Shown here: positions 36,991 to 49,748 of the stretch, piece after piece
Layout: every line of letters begins with the position of its first letter
Position numbering within the stretch: the stretch's first letter is position 1
Translations under genes and position numbers: made by a program
Assembly (NCBI RefSeq): GCF_963921235.1
Contig: NC_086097.1
Location: forward strand, 14,632,001-14,696,000
Reading direction: 5' to 3'
Length of the DNA stretch: 64,000 nt
Origin: Mobula hypostoma
Lineage: Eukaryota
The notes under the pieces: generated by a model
What the model was told of the DNA's origin: nothing
Databases searched by the model: none
What the model saw: only the letters and a program-made list of their open reading frames with translations

Positions 36991-37769
36991 CACTTGGCCT
37001 CTACAGTTGTCTATGGCAATGAATTCCACAGATTCATCACCCTCTGGCTAAGAAGAGAAGGACATCTCTTTAAAACAGAGATGAGAAGGTATTTCCTTTG
37101 GCTAAAGAAATTCCTCCTCATTTTTGTTCTCAAGGGACATCCTTCTATTCTGAGGCTGTGCCCTCTGGTCTTAGACTCCCCACTATATGAAACAGCCTCT
37201 CCATATCCACTCTATCCAGGCTTTTCAATATTCGATAGGTTTCAATAAGAACCCCCTTCATTCTTATAAACTCCGGTGAGTAAAGGCCCAGAGCCATCAA
37301 ACGTTCCCCCTTTCATTCCGAGGATCATCACCTTGAGTCTCCTCTGGACCCTTTGCAATGCCAGCACAGCCTCACCTAGGCAAATGGCCCAAAACTGTTC
37401 ATACTGTTCCAAAAGGACATTCACACTGCAGTATCATACACTAAATGACTGGAAGATTGATAGGTGCACTAAGGTAAGATTAGGACACTGACATGTGATC
37501 ATGTTCTTCCAAGACAGAGAAATTTCACAGTCTGAATTCCTTTCTACACTGGATTAATGGATTCCAAGGTGCTGGTAGAGGAAGTGGGGGGAGAGGGTTG
37601 CTCAGTTCGGCCCCAACCACTTGGGTTGAAGGCGTGGTGTGGAGTTTCAGAACAGTGAGAAAATTATGAGAAAATTAGGAAAGATGTATATCCACAGTCA
37701 CCCTACTTTCTACCTTGATCTTTGGCCTTGTGGTTCTAAGCTATTGTGTCTACTCCTGATGTTGAGTTC

Positions 37770-38170
37770 ATAGATTCGTAGAGTTATAGAGCATGGAAAC
37801 AGGCCATTTGGCCCAACAGATCAATGCCAGCCCAGTTGCTTGCTTAAGTGAGTCCCATAAGACATAGGAGCAGAGTTGGGCTATTTGGTCCATTAACTCT
37901 GCTCCACTATTCAAGCATGGCTGATTTTTTTCAACCCCATTCTCCTGCCTTTCCCCTGTAACCCTTAACTCCCTTACTAGTCAAGAACCTATAGATCGCT
38001 GCCTTAAATACATTCAATGACTTGGCCTCCTCAGCCCTCTGTGGCAACGAGTTCCACAAATTCCTCTTCGTCTCAGTTTTAAAGGCAGTTAACCCTTTTT
38101 CTGAGGCTGTATCTGCTGATGTACTTGTCCACATTTGGCCTATGTCCCTCAAGACATTTCCTATCCAGGT
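37770..38170 (-). mobile_element. CR1-like 3' fragments
   Basis: ORF remnant RNLWNSLPQRAEEAKSLNVFKAAI. Confidence 0.7.
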
Positions 38171-38429
38171 ACCTAGTTTCAGAGGTGAGTGATGAGTCTG
38201 TTCTGCCCAGTTCTGCTTGACACTTACTCGGCTCTGCACTGAACTGAGGCTGCGGCCTGCTCTGGCTACAGTGATGCCTGGCTTCGCGTCTGCGATCCCA
38301 CGATGTTTGCCCAGCTCTGCGATGAACTAAAGCTCCAGCTGCAGTGATGCCTTGCTTTGTGTCTTTCGTAAAAGTTCAGCTCTGAATTCTATTTGCCTAC
38401 TTTTATTGTTTGCACAACTTGTGTTTTGT

Positions 38430-38625
38430 TCCCCCTCCCTCCCCAACCCACCTGGTTCACCTATCTTCTTCTAGCTTGTCCTCCTCCTCCTCTCCCCATC
38501 TTCCTATTCTTGTATCTTCCCCTTTCCTTTCCAGTCCTGAAGAAGGTTCTCGGCCCAAAGGTCGAGTGTTTATTCATTTCCATAGGTGCTGTATGACCTG
38601 CTGATTTCCTCTAGCATTTTGCAGG
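38430..38625 (+). mobile_element. Penelope terminal-repeat fragment
   Basis: ttccagtcctgaagaaggttctcggcccaaagg (decayed hammerhead). Confidence 0.7.
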
Positions 38626-38994
38626 AGGTATGTGTCCTCGTAGAATTGTAACCCAGCAGGACATAGAACAGAGACTGCTGATTGGCTGAAGGATGCATTA
38701 AGCTAATATCCCATTGGATCAGCACATAGGACAGGAAATAAACCCAATGACCATTGGAGGGCAGGCAAGAGAGGTATGTGGAAACTTGGTCAAGACGTCC
38801 TGGGAAGGCATTAAAACAGTAAAGAAGCAGTGAATGATGGTATCTGCAACAGAAACACTCAGTAGGTCAGGCAGTATCTGTGGATAGAGAAACAGAGGAG
38901 ATGTTTCGGTTCAATGAACTTCCATCAGAACTGTCCACCATCTCTCTAAGATAGTTCTGTTGATCTTGTTTCTCCCTCTGCAGATGCATCACAC

Positions 38995-39432
38995 AAGCAT
39001 CCATCATCAGGGACCCCCACCACCCAAGACATGCTCTCTTCTTGCTGCTGCCATCAGGAAGAAGGTACAGGAGCCTCAGGACTCACACCACCAGGTTCAG
39101 GAACAGACATTACCCCTCAACCATCAGACTCTTGAATGAAAGGGGATAGCTTCACTCAACTTCACTTGCCCCATCATTGCCCACAACCTATAGACTTACT
39201 TTCAAGGACTCTTCATTTCATGTTCTTGATGCTTATTGCTTATTATTTATTATTATTATTTCTTTTTGTATTTGCACTGTTTGTTGTCTTTTGCGCACTT
39301 GTTGACTGCCCAAGTTGTGCGGTCTTTCATTGATTCTGTTATGGTTATTATTCTATAGATTTACTTGAGTATGCCTGGTAGAAAGTGAATCTCAGGGTGG
39401 TATATGATGACATACCGAACTTTGAACTTTGA
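38995..39432 (+). mobile_element. Rex1/Babar LINE 3' end
   Basis: gcatccatcatcagggacccccaccaccc... ending aactttgaactttga. Confidence 0.8.
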
Positions 39433-39764
39433 TCTGTTGAGTACTTCTGGCATTCTGTGTTTCATTCCAGCTACTAGAACAGTTCTGTATCCATGGAGAG
39501 GGCAATGAGTGAATACCTGCTTCTACTCACTGACCGTTTAAGGATCGGGTGACATAGATTAATAATTTGGTGTACAAGTTGCCGGGCAGATTTGAGGAAA
39601 ATCTTCTTAAAAATTTTTTTAGTGTTAGTTATCATTCAGAACTATTGTGAAGGAGTTGAAAACAGCCAGAACACTCAAGAGAGACTGGCCCTGGAGGGTA
39701 AACATTTTGCCGGGTTGGTAGAATAGAGCAGGACCATGAGATTTATGTGAATGCCACATCCATT

Positions 39765-40005
39765 TATTTATTTACTTAGAGTATCAGCACAGTAACAGGC
39801 TATTCCAGCCCATTGAACCCGTGCCTTCCACTACTCCTACTAATTTGCATGTCTTTGGAATGTGGGAGGAGAATGGAGCCCCTGACGAAACCTACACGGT
39901 CACGAGGAGAATGTACCAATTCCCTACAGACAGCGGTGGGATCTGAACAGAGGCCGTTGGTGTTGTAATAAGTTACCCTAATCACTATGCTGCCAGGCCA
40001 CCCCA
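39765..40005 (-). mobile_element. V-SINE (HE1-like)
   Basis: Reverse complement of the V-domain ttctcctcgtgaccgtgtaggtttc...ctcccacattccaaagacatgc. Confidence 0.7.
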
Positions 40006-40419
40006 TAGCCTGCTGCATTGCGAAACAGCATGGGGCTAATGTTGAAAGTTCAAAGTAAATTTATTATCAAAATACGTATGTGCTACCAAATACCACCCTG
40101 GGATTCATTTACTTGCAAGTATTCCAAGTTCAAAGTAAGTTTTATTATCTTTCAGTTATATTTTCTTTTCTTCTTCCAGTGGTAGCATAGGACATTGGGT
40201 GACCTCCTATCTTCATCTTCCCCTGTCCATCTCACAAAGTCGATAGTATGGTTGGAGTTCATCAATGTTTCTGAATCCTTTGTATCCGCTGCGCAGGGGA
40301 TTGGCCTCTTCAGCTTCACCGGAGCCCTAAGCAACAGACACAGAGCCCTGTTTGCCAGCCTTACCCGTTTCCACCTCTCACGACCGGGGTGTAGGACTGG
40401 ACTTTGAGAGGCAAAGCAC

Positions 40420-41112
40420 ATATATGACACCATATACAATTTTCTGAGATTCACTTTCTTGTGGGCAGACTCATCAAATCTACAGAAATAGTAACTATAA
40501 CAGGATCAATGGAAGATCAACCAGAGTGCAGAAGACAACAAACCGTGCAACTGCAGATGTAAATAAATAGCAATAAATGCCGAGAACGTGAGTTAATCAG
40601 GTAAGGAGACCTTAAAATTGGGATAATTGGTTGTGGATATATTTTGATGATGAGTGTGATTATCTCCTTTCATTCAAAGCCTGATGGTTGAGGGATAGTC
40701 ACTGTTCCTGAACCTGGTGCTGCAAGTCCTGAAGCTCCTGTACCTTCCACCCGATGGCAGCAGTGAGAAGAGAGCATGACCTGGGAGGTGGGGGTCTCTG
40801 ATACTGGATGCCACTTTCCTATGACAGCATTTCATGTAGATGTGCTCAATGGTTGGGAGGGCTTTACCCGTGATGTACTGGGCCGTATCCAATGCTTCTT
40901 GTAGGATTTTCCATTCAAGGGCATTGGTGTTTCCATCCAGACTGTGATGCAGCCAGTCAATGCGCTCTTCACTACACATCTATAGAAGCTTGTCAACGTT
41001 TTAGATGTCATGCCGCATCTTCGCAAAATCCTAGGGAAGTAGAGGTGCTGCCGTGTTTTCTTTACAATTGCATTTATGTGCTGCACAGATCCTCTAACAT
41101 GGTAACACCCAG
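40420..41112 (-). mobile_element. Rex1/Babar LINE 3' fragment
   Basis: ORF remnants FYRCVVKSALTGCITVW and DPHLPGHALFSLLPSGGRYRS. Confidence 0.85.
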
Positions 41113-41489
41113 TTGAACTATGAAATAAAAAGGGATCAGTGAAAAACTAGACACCAAGATCGATGAGCCTCAAGGTGCAAGATACAATCAATCAATCAAT
41201 CAATAAATAAATCAATAAATACTGAGAACATGAGCTACAGAGTCCTTGAAAGAGGGCCCTGTAACAATCTTTGTTCTTATTGAGTGTAGATACCAGATGG
41301 AGATATACTTCATATTCAGAAAGTGCCAATATTTCAAATGTGGGATTGGCTGCCCAGCTTGCAAGGGGAAACTAGAAGAACTGAGGTAGGAGGAAGGAAT
41401 CAAATGTGATAGACTGAGGTAAAAAGGGACAGAGAAGGATTGCATTGGGATGAATAGCATGGTTGGGGGAATGGTACATCCCATGCATG

Positions 41490-41945
41490 GAACATAGAAC
41501 ATAGAAATTTACAGCCCATTACAGGCCTTTCGACCCACAATGTTGTGTTGATCAAGTAACCTTCTCTAGAGACGGCCTAGAATTTCCCTAGCACATAGCC
41601 CTCTATTTTTCTAAGCTCCATGTACCTATCTAAGAGGCTCTTAAAAGATCCTATTGTATCCGCTAATTCCACGTAATTCTGTTTCTCTCCGAGTTAATCT
41701 TCCATAATATAGTCTAGTTCAGGGTGAATATCTGTGGAATTCATTGCTACATGCAGCTGTGGAGGCCAAGTCATCTGGGTATATTTAAAGTGGAGGTTGA
41801 TAGGTACTTGATTGGTCAGGCAAGTGACGTTAGGGGGAGAAGGCAGAGGAATGGTGTTGAGAGGGATAATAAATCGGTCATGATTGGATAGCAGAGTAGA
41901 TTTGATGGGCTGAATGGTCCAATTCTGCTCTGAAGTCGTATGGTC
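41490..41945. mobile_element. CR1-like 3' ends (minus ~41490-41660, plus ~41720-41945)
   Basis: aacatagaacatagaa tail; gggctgaatggtccaattctgctc tail. Confidence 0.65.
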
Positions 41946-42649
41946 TGTATTTACTGTAAATAGCAAACTTCCCAAGCAGCTGATGCAGTGTCCTACAGGA
42001 AGACTGAGCATGGTTCACAATGCGGCAGTAAATGTCATTGGAGCCCAGGGAATTGCAGCTTCATAATTTTCACTTGTTTTATATAATTTTGAGTAATTTG
42101 TACATATAATAACGTAGTTATGAAAAGATATAACAGTGCGTCTTTCTATTTCCCAGCGAATTCTCTCAATGAAAATATAAACTAATACACTGTGTAAAAC
42201 GTTCTTCCCCAAAATGAAAAATAAATTGAGTTTAAAGGACCAGAGGTTGGTGGTTTCTGCAGTCATTCGATTGTGTGTTTTATTTATTTACTCAGGTTCG
42301 GTATTGTACAAGGAATTGTGGTCACTGACACTGCAGTCGACGTACAGGGCAGCACCTGAGATTCATAATAACCGAGAGGAGCGCAGATACTCCCCCCAGT
42401 TGAAAGGGAGTGAAACTCTGGCAGAAACTGGAAAGGGTGTAAGAGATGAAGGCAGCCGTGGGGGAAGAAACATGCAGTTCCTCGGCTGAGAGACCAGGCC
42501 AGGGGAACAGAAAGCTGCCGAAAATCAGAAATTGCAGGAAATACCCAGGGGGTCAGGCAGCACCCGTTGGGGGAGAAATAAAATAACATTTTGGACGAGA
42601 GAATTTTTGTCAACACTGGGAAAGGTTGGAACCCACATCCTAGTATAGT

Positions 42650-43375
42650 CATGAGCACTACAGCACCAATACAGGACCTTCGGCCCATCTGGTCTGTGTT
42701 GGACTATTGTTCTGCAGAGTCTCGTCAACCTGCACCCAGTCTATAGCCCTCCATACCCTTCTCATCCATGTACCTATCCAAAATTTCTCTTCAATGTTGA
42801 AATTGTTACCGCATCCACCACTTCCACTGGCAGTTCATTCAATACTCTCACCATCCTCTGAGTGAAGAAGTTCCCCCCACGTTCCTCTTAAACATTTCAC
42901 CTTTCACTTTTAACCCATCACCTCTAGCTGTAGTCTCACCAAACCTCACTAGAAAATGCCTGCTTATATTTACCTTATCAAAGCCCCTCAAAATTTTCTC
43001 AGCACCTTTTACTTGAAACATTAATTCTGCTTCCCTCTCCAGTGCCATCCCTGACTTAGGCGGTAAAGATAAATTCACACTCTGACACTCTTGTACAGAC
43101 ACAATCCTGAATTATCTAAGCAACACACGCAAAATGCTGGAGGAACTCAGTAGGCCAGACAGCATCTATGGAAAAGAGTAAACAGTCGATGTTTCAGGCT
43201 GAGACCCTTCATCAGGAACCATTAAATTTCATTGAAGAGAAACCTGGATAGGTACATGGATAGGAAGGGTACAGAGGGCAATGGTCTGGGTGCAGGTCGA
43301 TTGATGAGACGCTGCAGAATAATAGTTCAACACAGACCAGATGGGCCAAAAGGCCTGTTTCTGTGCTGTAGTTCT
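42650..43375. mobile_element. CR1 fragments flanking a Penelope terminal-repeat piece (~43120-43218)
   Basis: Minus strand of 43183-43218 reads CTGATGAAGGGTCTCAGCCTGAAACATCGACTG. Confidence 0.65.
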
Positions 43376-43524
43376 CACTCATCATGATTATCTAACTTGC
43401 TGTGTGTGTTCCCTCCTGACATTTGGAATCTACCAATGGCCCTGGGATCTTCCGAAGGTATTGTGAGAACATCTGAGATACTTGCATTGGCTTAGGCATG
43501 TAGACTCAAAATTCAAATCACTAG

Positions 43525-43797
43525 CACCTTGGCGTAGTGGTTAGCACAATGCTGTACAGTACCAGCGACCCTTTCCCACCACTGCCTGTAAGGAGTTTGT
43601 ATGTTGTCCCAGTGACTGTGTGGGTTTCCTCCGTGTGCTCTGGATTCCTCCCTCAGTCCAAAGACATGCTGGTTGGTGGGTTAATTGGACATTGTAAATT
43701 GTCCCGTGATTAGGCTGGGTTAAATGGGGGAATTGCTGGGCAGTGTGGCTCAAAGGGGTGGTAGGGCCTACTTCATGCTGTATGTCAATAAATAAAT
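43525..43797 (+). mobile_element. V-SINE (HE1-like), full length
   Basis: A box tggcgtagtggttagc, V-domain ggagtttgtatgtt..gggtttcctcc..tccaaagacatg, CR1-like tail and aataaataaat. Confidence 0.8.
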
Positions 43798-43914
43798 CAA
43801 CCTCAATGGTTCTCTACACAACTTCTGATAAACGGGACATTTTAAAATACTCACTGTGACTAGGTTGAACACTCCGGCACGAATCCACTTCAAAGAGATG
43901 GAACGGAGGTTGAT

Positions 43915-44555
43915 TCCTGTCATTAGGAAGGAGGTTCAGGAGCCTCAGGACCCACACCATGAGGTTCAGAAATAGTTATTACCCCTTAACCATCTTGAAC
44001 AAGAGAGATAACTTCACTCAATTTAACTCATGCCAACGCTGAATTGTTTCTACAGCCAATGGACTCACTTTCAAGCAATACATACAAAGTGCTGGAGGAA
44101 CTCGGCAGGCCAGGCAGCATCTATGGAAAAGAGTAAACAGTCGACATTTCAGGCTGAGAACCTTCACCAGGTTCTGGTGAAAGGTCTCATCCCAAAGCAT
44201 CCACTCCATAGCTGCTGCCTGGCCTGCTGAGTTCCTCCAGCACTTTGTGTGGTTTACTTTGATTTCCAGAGTCTGCAGATTTTCTCTTGTGCGTGGCTCA
44301 CTTTCAAGGACTTCTTCATCTCATGTTCTCGATATGTATTGATTATTTGTTTATTATTATTATTTCTGTCTTTCTGTATTTGCGCAGTTTGATGTATTTT
44401 GCATATTGGTTGTTTGTCCGTCACTGTCATGTGCGGTTTTTCACTGATTCTATTGTGTTTCTTTGGATTTACTGTGAATGCCGACAAGAAAATGAATCTC
44501 CGGGTAGTATATGGTGGTGTATATGTACTTTGATAATAAATTTACTTTGAACTTT
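43915..44555 (+). mobile_element. Rex1/Babar 3' end carrying a fold-back Penelope insertion at 44076-44296
   Basis: 12-bp TSD ctcactttcaag at 44064-44075 and 44297-44308; palindrome centre ccttcaccag-gtt-ctggtgaaagg. Confidence 0.8.
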
Positions 44556-44609
44556 GGTTTCAGCGGCAAGCATTGAAACACTGTACAAACCCACTCCTAC
44601 TGTTCAAAC

Positions 44610-45200
44610 AGACTAGATGAGGGCATTGAGTACAGGAGTTGGAATGCTTTGTTGAAATCATACGAGATATTTGTGAGTGAACTTGGAGTATTGTGTGCAA
44701 TTCTGGCCACCTATCTACATGGAAGATATATATAAGGTTGAATGAATGCAGAGAAATTTTACAAGGATGTTGCTGGGAATTGAGGACTTGAGTTATAGGT
44801 AAAAGTTGAATTGGTTGGGACTTCATTCCCTGGAGTGCAGGAGAGTAAAGGGAGATCTTATAGAGGTGCACAAAATCAGATGCTGTATGGATAGGGTGAA
44901 TGCATGAGGGCTTTCTCCCTTCAGGCTGGGAGAGACTAGAACTAGAGACCATAGGTCTAGAGCGAAAGGTGAAACATTTAAGGGGGATTTGAGGGGAAAC
45001 TTCTACACTCGGATTTGTGCATGTGTGGAACGAGCTGCCATCAGAAGTAGTAGATGTGGACTTCACTGTAACATTTAAGGGAGGTTTGGATAAGTACATG
45101 GATGGGCGGGGTATGCTTCAGGTGCAGGTTGATGGGACTAGGCAGAGTGATAGTTCACTATAGTCTAGGTGGGTCGAAGGCGCTATTTCTGTGAAGTACT
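44610..45200 (+). mobile_element. CR1/HER1-like LINE 3' fragment
   Basis: ggagtattgtgtgcaattctgg (EYCVQFW) and gggagatcttatagagg. Confidence 0.8.
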
Positions 45201-45620
45201 CTCTGACTAACAACTGACTCCAAGCATAGGTTGAAGCATTAAGATGGTGACTAAGGTCTCAGTCAAAGATGGTTTTAAGGATCAATATAAAGGAGCAGAG
45301 CGGGAAAAGGAAAGCCTGTGTGGGAGGGATTTCAGAGCTTTGCCCCTTACCTGGTGAGGAACTTGTTCCTGTACATGATACAATGGCCCTGGGATGTCAG
45401 AGATAGGTTAGTCTCTGCCGGATACCCAGCCTCTGCTCTGGTAGCCATTGCGCTCATGTGTATGGTTTAGTTGAGCTTCTGTTGTTGGTGACTCCCAGGA
45501 TGCTGGTGGTGGGGTACTTGGCAATGATGATGTCGTTGAATGCTCTGGACTTGCACTTTGTCAATGAATGGAAAGGCTTGGAGGATCTGGAGGTGAGCCA
45601 TGCGATATAGATGATATGTC

Positions 45621-46280
45621 TTTCTTTTCAAATCTTTTTATTGTTATATTATACAGAAAAAATAACATGAGTACATTGAAGTAACAACACTTACAATGTC
45701 TCAAAAAAGACTATCTTAAAGATCGAAAAAAAATTTTGTGATAACAAAAAAAACCTACTAAGCAGAAAAGTGAGGAAAAAAACCCATTGGGTGTACAACC
45801 CCGGAGTCATGCGTCATACAAAAAGCTTCTAAAAATAAACATCAAACCGCCAGCAAGAAAAAAAAATATACTAGAAAATTTACAATTAGATCGTGGAAAA
45901 ATTATATCAATTAACTCAAATGATAATAACGAGCAAATGAGCCCCATCTTTTCTCAAAATCAAATAAAGGTTCAAAGGGTCGACTTCTAATTTTCTCCAA
46001 ACTAAGACATAGCAACACTTGAGAGAACCATTGTGACAAAGCGGGAGCTGATGTGTCCTTCCACTTCAACAAAATGGCCTTCCTGGCTATCAATGTAACA
46101 AATGCAATAACATGTTGGTCAGACACAGAAATACCATGAATATTTTGAGGAATTATTCCAAAAAGCACAGTTAATTTATTAGGTTGTAGATTAATTTTAA
46201 GTGCTTTAGAAATTGTTGAAAAAACCGACTTCCAGAACTGTTCCAATATAGAACAAGACCAAAACATGTGTGTCATTGTA
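45621..46280 (-). mobile_element. L1-clade LINE, 5'-truncated
   Basis: ORF THMFWSCSILEQFW..ARKAILLKWK..LSLEKIR..WGSF; 14-bp TSD atagatgatatgtc at 45607-45620 and 46281-46294. Confidence 0.9.
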
Positions 46281-46718
46281 ATAGATGATATGTCATGAGT
46301 GGGTTACTTGTTCTTGGTGTCATTTGATTTAAACAGTTGCTGCAGTTAAACCACTGGTCAATGATATTGATGATGTGGGATCCAGCTACAGCACTGGCAT
46401 TGACTGCCAACGATCAAAGTTCAGAGTAAATTTATTATCAAAGTATGTATATATCACCTTAGTACCCTGAGATCCACTTTTTTCAGGCACTTACAGTAGA
46501 ACAAAGACATTCAACAGAGTCAAAGAAAACTACACATAAAAACTAACAAACAACTGATGCTCAAAGAAAACAATTTGAGCAATTAGAAAAAAAGCAACAA
46601 ATAATAACAGGTGAATAAGTAATAAATAATATTGAGAACATGAGTTGTAGAGTCCTTGAGGGTGAGCCCATTGGTTGAGGAATCAGTGCAGTGTTGAGGT
46701 CAGTGTTGTTATCCATGC

Positions 46719-47650
46719 AACACACATCAAAGTTGCTGGTGAACGCAGCAGGCCAAGCAGCATCTATAGGAAGAGGCGCAGTCGACGTTTCAGGCCGAGA
46801 CCCTTCGTCAGGACTAACTGAAGGAAGAGTGAGTAAGGGATTTGAAAGCTGGAGGGGGAGGGGGAGATGCAAAATGATAGGAGAAGACAGGAGGGGGAGG
46901 GATAGAGCCGAGAGCTGGACAGGTGATAGGCAAAAGGGGATACGAGAGGATCATGGGACAGGAGGTCCGGGAAGAAAGACGGGGGGGGGGTGACCCAGAG
47001 GATGGGCAAGAGGTATATTCAGAGGGACAGAGGGAGAAAAAGGAGAGTGAGAGAAAGAATGTGTGCATAAAAATGAGTAACAGATGGGGTACGAGGGGGA
47101 GGTGGGGCCTAGCGGAAGTTAGAGAAGTCAATGTTCATGCCATCAGGTTGGAGGCTACCCAGACGGAATATAAGGTGTTGTTCCTCCAACCTGAGTGTGG
47201 CTTCATCTTTACAGTAGAGGAGGCCGTGGATAGACATGTCAGAATGGGAATGGGATGTGGAATTAAAATGTGTGGCCACTGGGAGATCCTGCTTTCTCTG
47301 GCGGACAGAGCGTAGATGTTCAGCAAAGCTGTCTCCCAGTCTGCGTCGGGTCTCGCCAATATATAAAAGGCCACATCGGGAGCACCGGACGCAGTATATC
47401 ACCCCAGCCGACTCACAGGTGAAGTGATGCCTCACCTGGAAGGACTGTTTGGGGCCCTGAATGGTGGTAAGGGAGGAAGTGTAAGGGCATGTGTAGCACT
47501 TGTTCCGCTTACACGGATAAGTGCCAGGAGGGAGATCAGTGGGGAGGGATGGGGGGGACGAATGGACAAGGGAGTTGTGTAGGGAGCGATCCCTGCGGAA
47601 TGCAGAGAGAGGGGGGGAGGGAAAGATGTGCTTAGTGGAGGTGATCCCAT
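46719..47650 (-). mobile_element. Penelope-like element, young, 5'-truncated, with uninterrupted GIY-YIG domain ORF
   Basis: ORF 47109-47663: CYTCPY..FTCESAGVIYCVRCSRCGLLYIGETRRRLGDSFAEHL..EEQHLIFRLGSLQPDGMN; 15-bp TSD tgttgttatccatgc at 46704-46718 and 47651-47665. Confidence 0.93.
46780..46815 (-). ncRNA. Minimal type I hammerhead ribozyme motif
   Basis: AGTC CTGACGA A GGGT-CTCG-GCCT GAAA C GTC^ GACT, in the same sense as the Penelope ORF and ~300 nt after its stop. Confidence 0.78.
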
Positions 47651-48619
47651 TGTTGTTATCCATGCTGGTTCAGGAGCCTGAAGGTTGAATGGTACTAACT
47701 TAACATGGTGGTGTGGGACCTAAGGCTCCTGTACGTCCTTCTCAATGGTAGCCATTGCATTCATAGAGCATAGCCTGGGTGGTGCTGGTCCTTCGTGATG
47801 TAGATTCTCTTTCCTTGTGGCAGCACTCCCGTAGATGTGCTCAATGGTGGGGAGGGCATTTCCTGTAATAGACTGGGCTGCCAAGGATATATGCTATCGT
47901 TTTTTAAAAGCAGAACAACCAATTAGTAAGGTTTCACAGGTAATTCGGTAAATCAGTTTATTATTTTCGCCTGTACTGAGGTACAGTTAAAAACCCATCT
48001 TACATACTGTTCATACCGATCAAATGATGACACAGTGCATTGAGGTGTAACAATAACAGAGTGCAGAAGAAAGTGTTACAGTTATGGAAAAAGTGCAGGT
48101 AGACAGTAAAGTGCGAGCTAATACATGTAAAACGAAGTATATTATGAGGTTAAAGGAACTGGGCATGAAATGGGCTCGTAACTCGTGTAAATAGGGTTAT
48201 TAAGCACGATTGCTCTCAGCGCTGTCATTGTGGTCTGACTCCAGAGGTGATTGTCGTTCACATTCTGGCCAGTGTTAGTGCACTTTCACGGCACTGAGGA
48301 GTGGGCCGACACAAAAGCGGTCCTCCGGGCTGCTGATAATTTGCTGTTCTATCCAATTACCGAATGCCCTAAAAACAGTAATGATGTCCGAGTATGTGTA
48401 CAATGTGTATCTGATTAAAGATCCCTTCAACAGCAGTCAAATTTAAATTCCTATTCGTGCAATAGGGCGAATAATTAGAATTCACTCTGAACGCTGAGAT
48501 GTACACATTCGGATAAGATTTTTGAATACATTTAATTATTGTCTCCCTGTACTTTGATGCATCTAACACCCACCTGAACCTTGCCTACACCTCTTCAGAC
48601 CTGCTTGCCACTGAACAAG

Positions 48620-49142
48620 GTCTACCACCCTGCTTTGGGTAATATTTGTTTTTTTGTCTTTGTTGTGTGCAGTTTTTCATTGATCCTATTATGGTTCTTT
48701 GTATTTACTGTGTATGCCCTCAAGTAAATGAATCTCAGGGTAGTATATGGTGACATGTATGTACTTTGATAATAAACTTACTTTGAGCTCTGAACTTTGA
48801 GCTTTGATCCTCACCTGCTCTTGCTCCAGTGAAACCTTTCCCTGACGTGCTTTCCAGGTACAGTCACATAGACTTGCACTGCCCAGTTCAAGGTGCCTCC
48901 CCTTCTCGTTACTATCATCAAGGAGGAGATACAGGAGCCTGGAGACGTAGACTTAGCGATTCAGAAACAGCTTCTTCCCCTCTGCCAACAGACTTTTGAA
49001 CAGTCCATGAACACACGAGTGCCCCTTTCTTGCATTATTTTTTCAATTTTATAATTTTATGTCTTTGGAATGCCATACTGCCACAAAACAACAAATTTCA
49101 CGTCATGTACATCAGTGATGATAAATCTGGTTCATATTCTGA
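48620..49142 (+). mobile_element. Two Rex1/Babar 3' ends
   Basis: gaatctcagggtagtatatggtgac..tgaactttga and caaggaggagatacaggagcctgg..aacagcttcttcccctctgcc. Confidence 0.7.
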
Positions 49143-49242
49143 ACTTGCCTCCTCTGCAGTGAGCCTAGCCTGCCTAAGACAGGGAGACCAGACCACAATA
49201 ATCTGGGAGCAGTCACACCGGAACCCCATAGAGTTCCAGTGT

Positions 49243-49748
49243 GGGTGGCATGCTAGTGGTTAGCATAACGCTACTACAACGCCAGCGATCCACTTTCAAT
49301 TCCCGATTCTGGGACTGTACGTTCCCCCCGTGACTACCAGGGTTTCGTCTGGGTGCTCCCGTTTCCTCACACAGTCCATACAGTTCAAAGTTCAAAAGTT
49401 CAAAGTATATTATCGAAGTATGTATACACTATGCAACCTTTAATTCATCTCCTTACAGGCAGATACAAGACAAAGAAACGCAAAATAACCCATTAAAAGG
49501 AAGACGACTGTCAAAGAGAGAAGACGAACCGTGCAAACAATGAAAGTAAGCGAATAGCACTCAGAAACGAAGTTTTACAACAGACACGAAGCCAGGCGTC
49601 TCTGCAACCGGAGCAGACCGCAGCCTCAGTTCCGCACAGAGCCGAGTAGACGACTAGTCGGGTAATTGGTCACGTGCGTGTAATTGGGCAGTGTGGGCTT
49701 GTGGGCTGAATTACCGTGCTGCATCTCTAAATAAATAATAAATAAATT
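49243..49748 (+). mobile_element. V-SINE interrupted by a Rex1-tail-type insertion (~49381-49650)
   Basis: Head gctagtggttagc, V-domain, resumption ggtaattggtcac and (aata)n tail. Confidence 0.65.

Larger units (their letters stand above)
35190..37405 (-). mobile_element. Cluster of CR1/HER1-like LINE fragments with nested Penelope and SINE
   Basis: ORF remnants LGLYSLEFRKMRGDLIETYKIM..FSQRVVNLWNS, WQMEYNVGKCEV and LEYCMQFWSPYLRKDI. Confidence 0.85.
46415..47880 (-). mobile_element. Rex1/Babar LINE 3' fragment split by a Penelope insertion
   Basis: Rex1-like sequence at 46415-46718 resumes at 47651. Confidence 0.75.
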
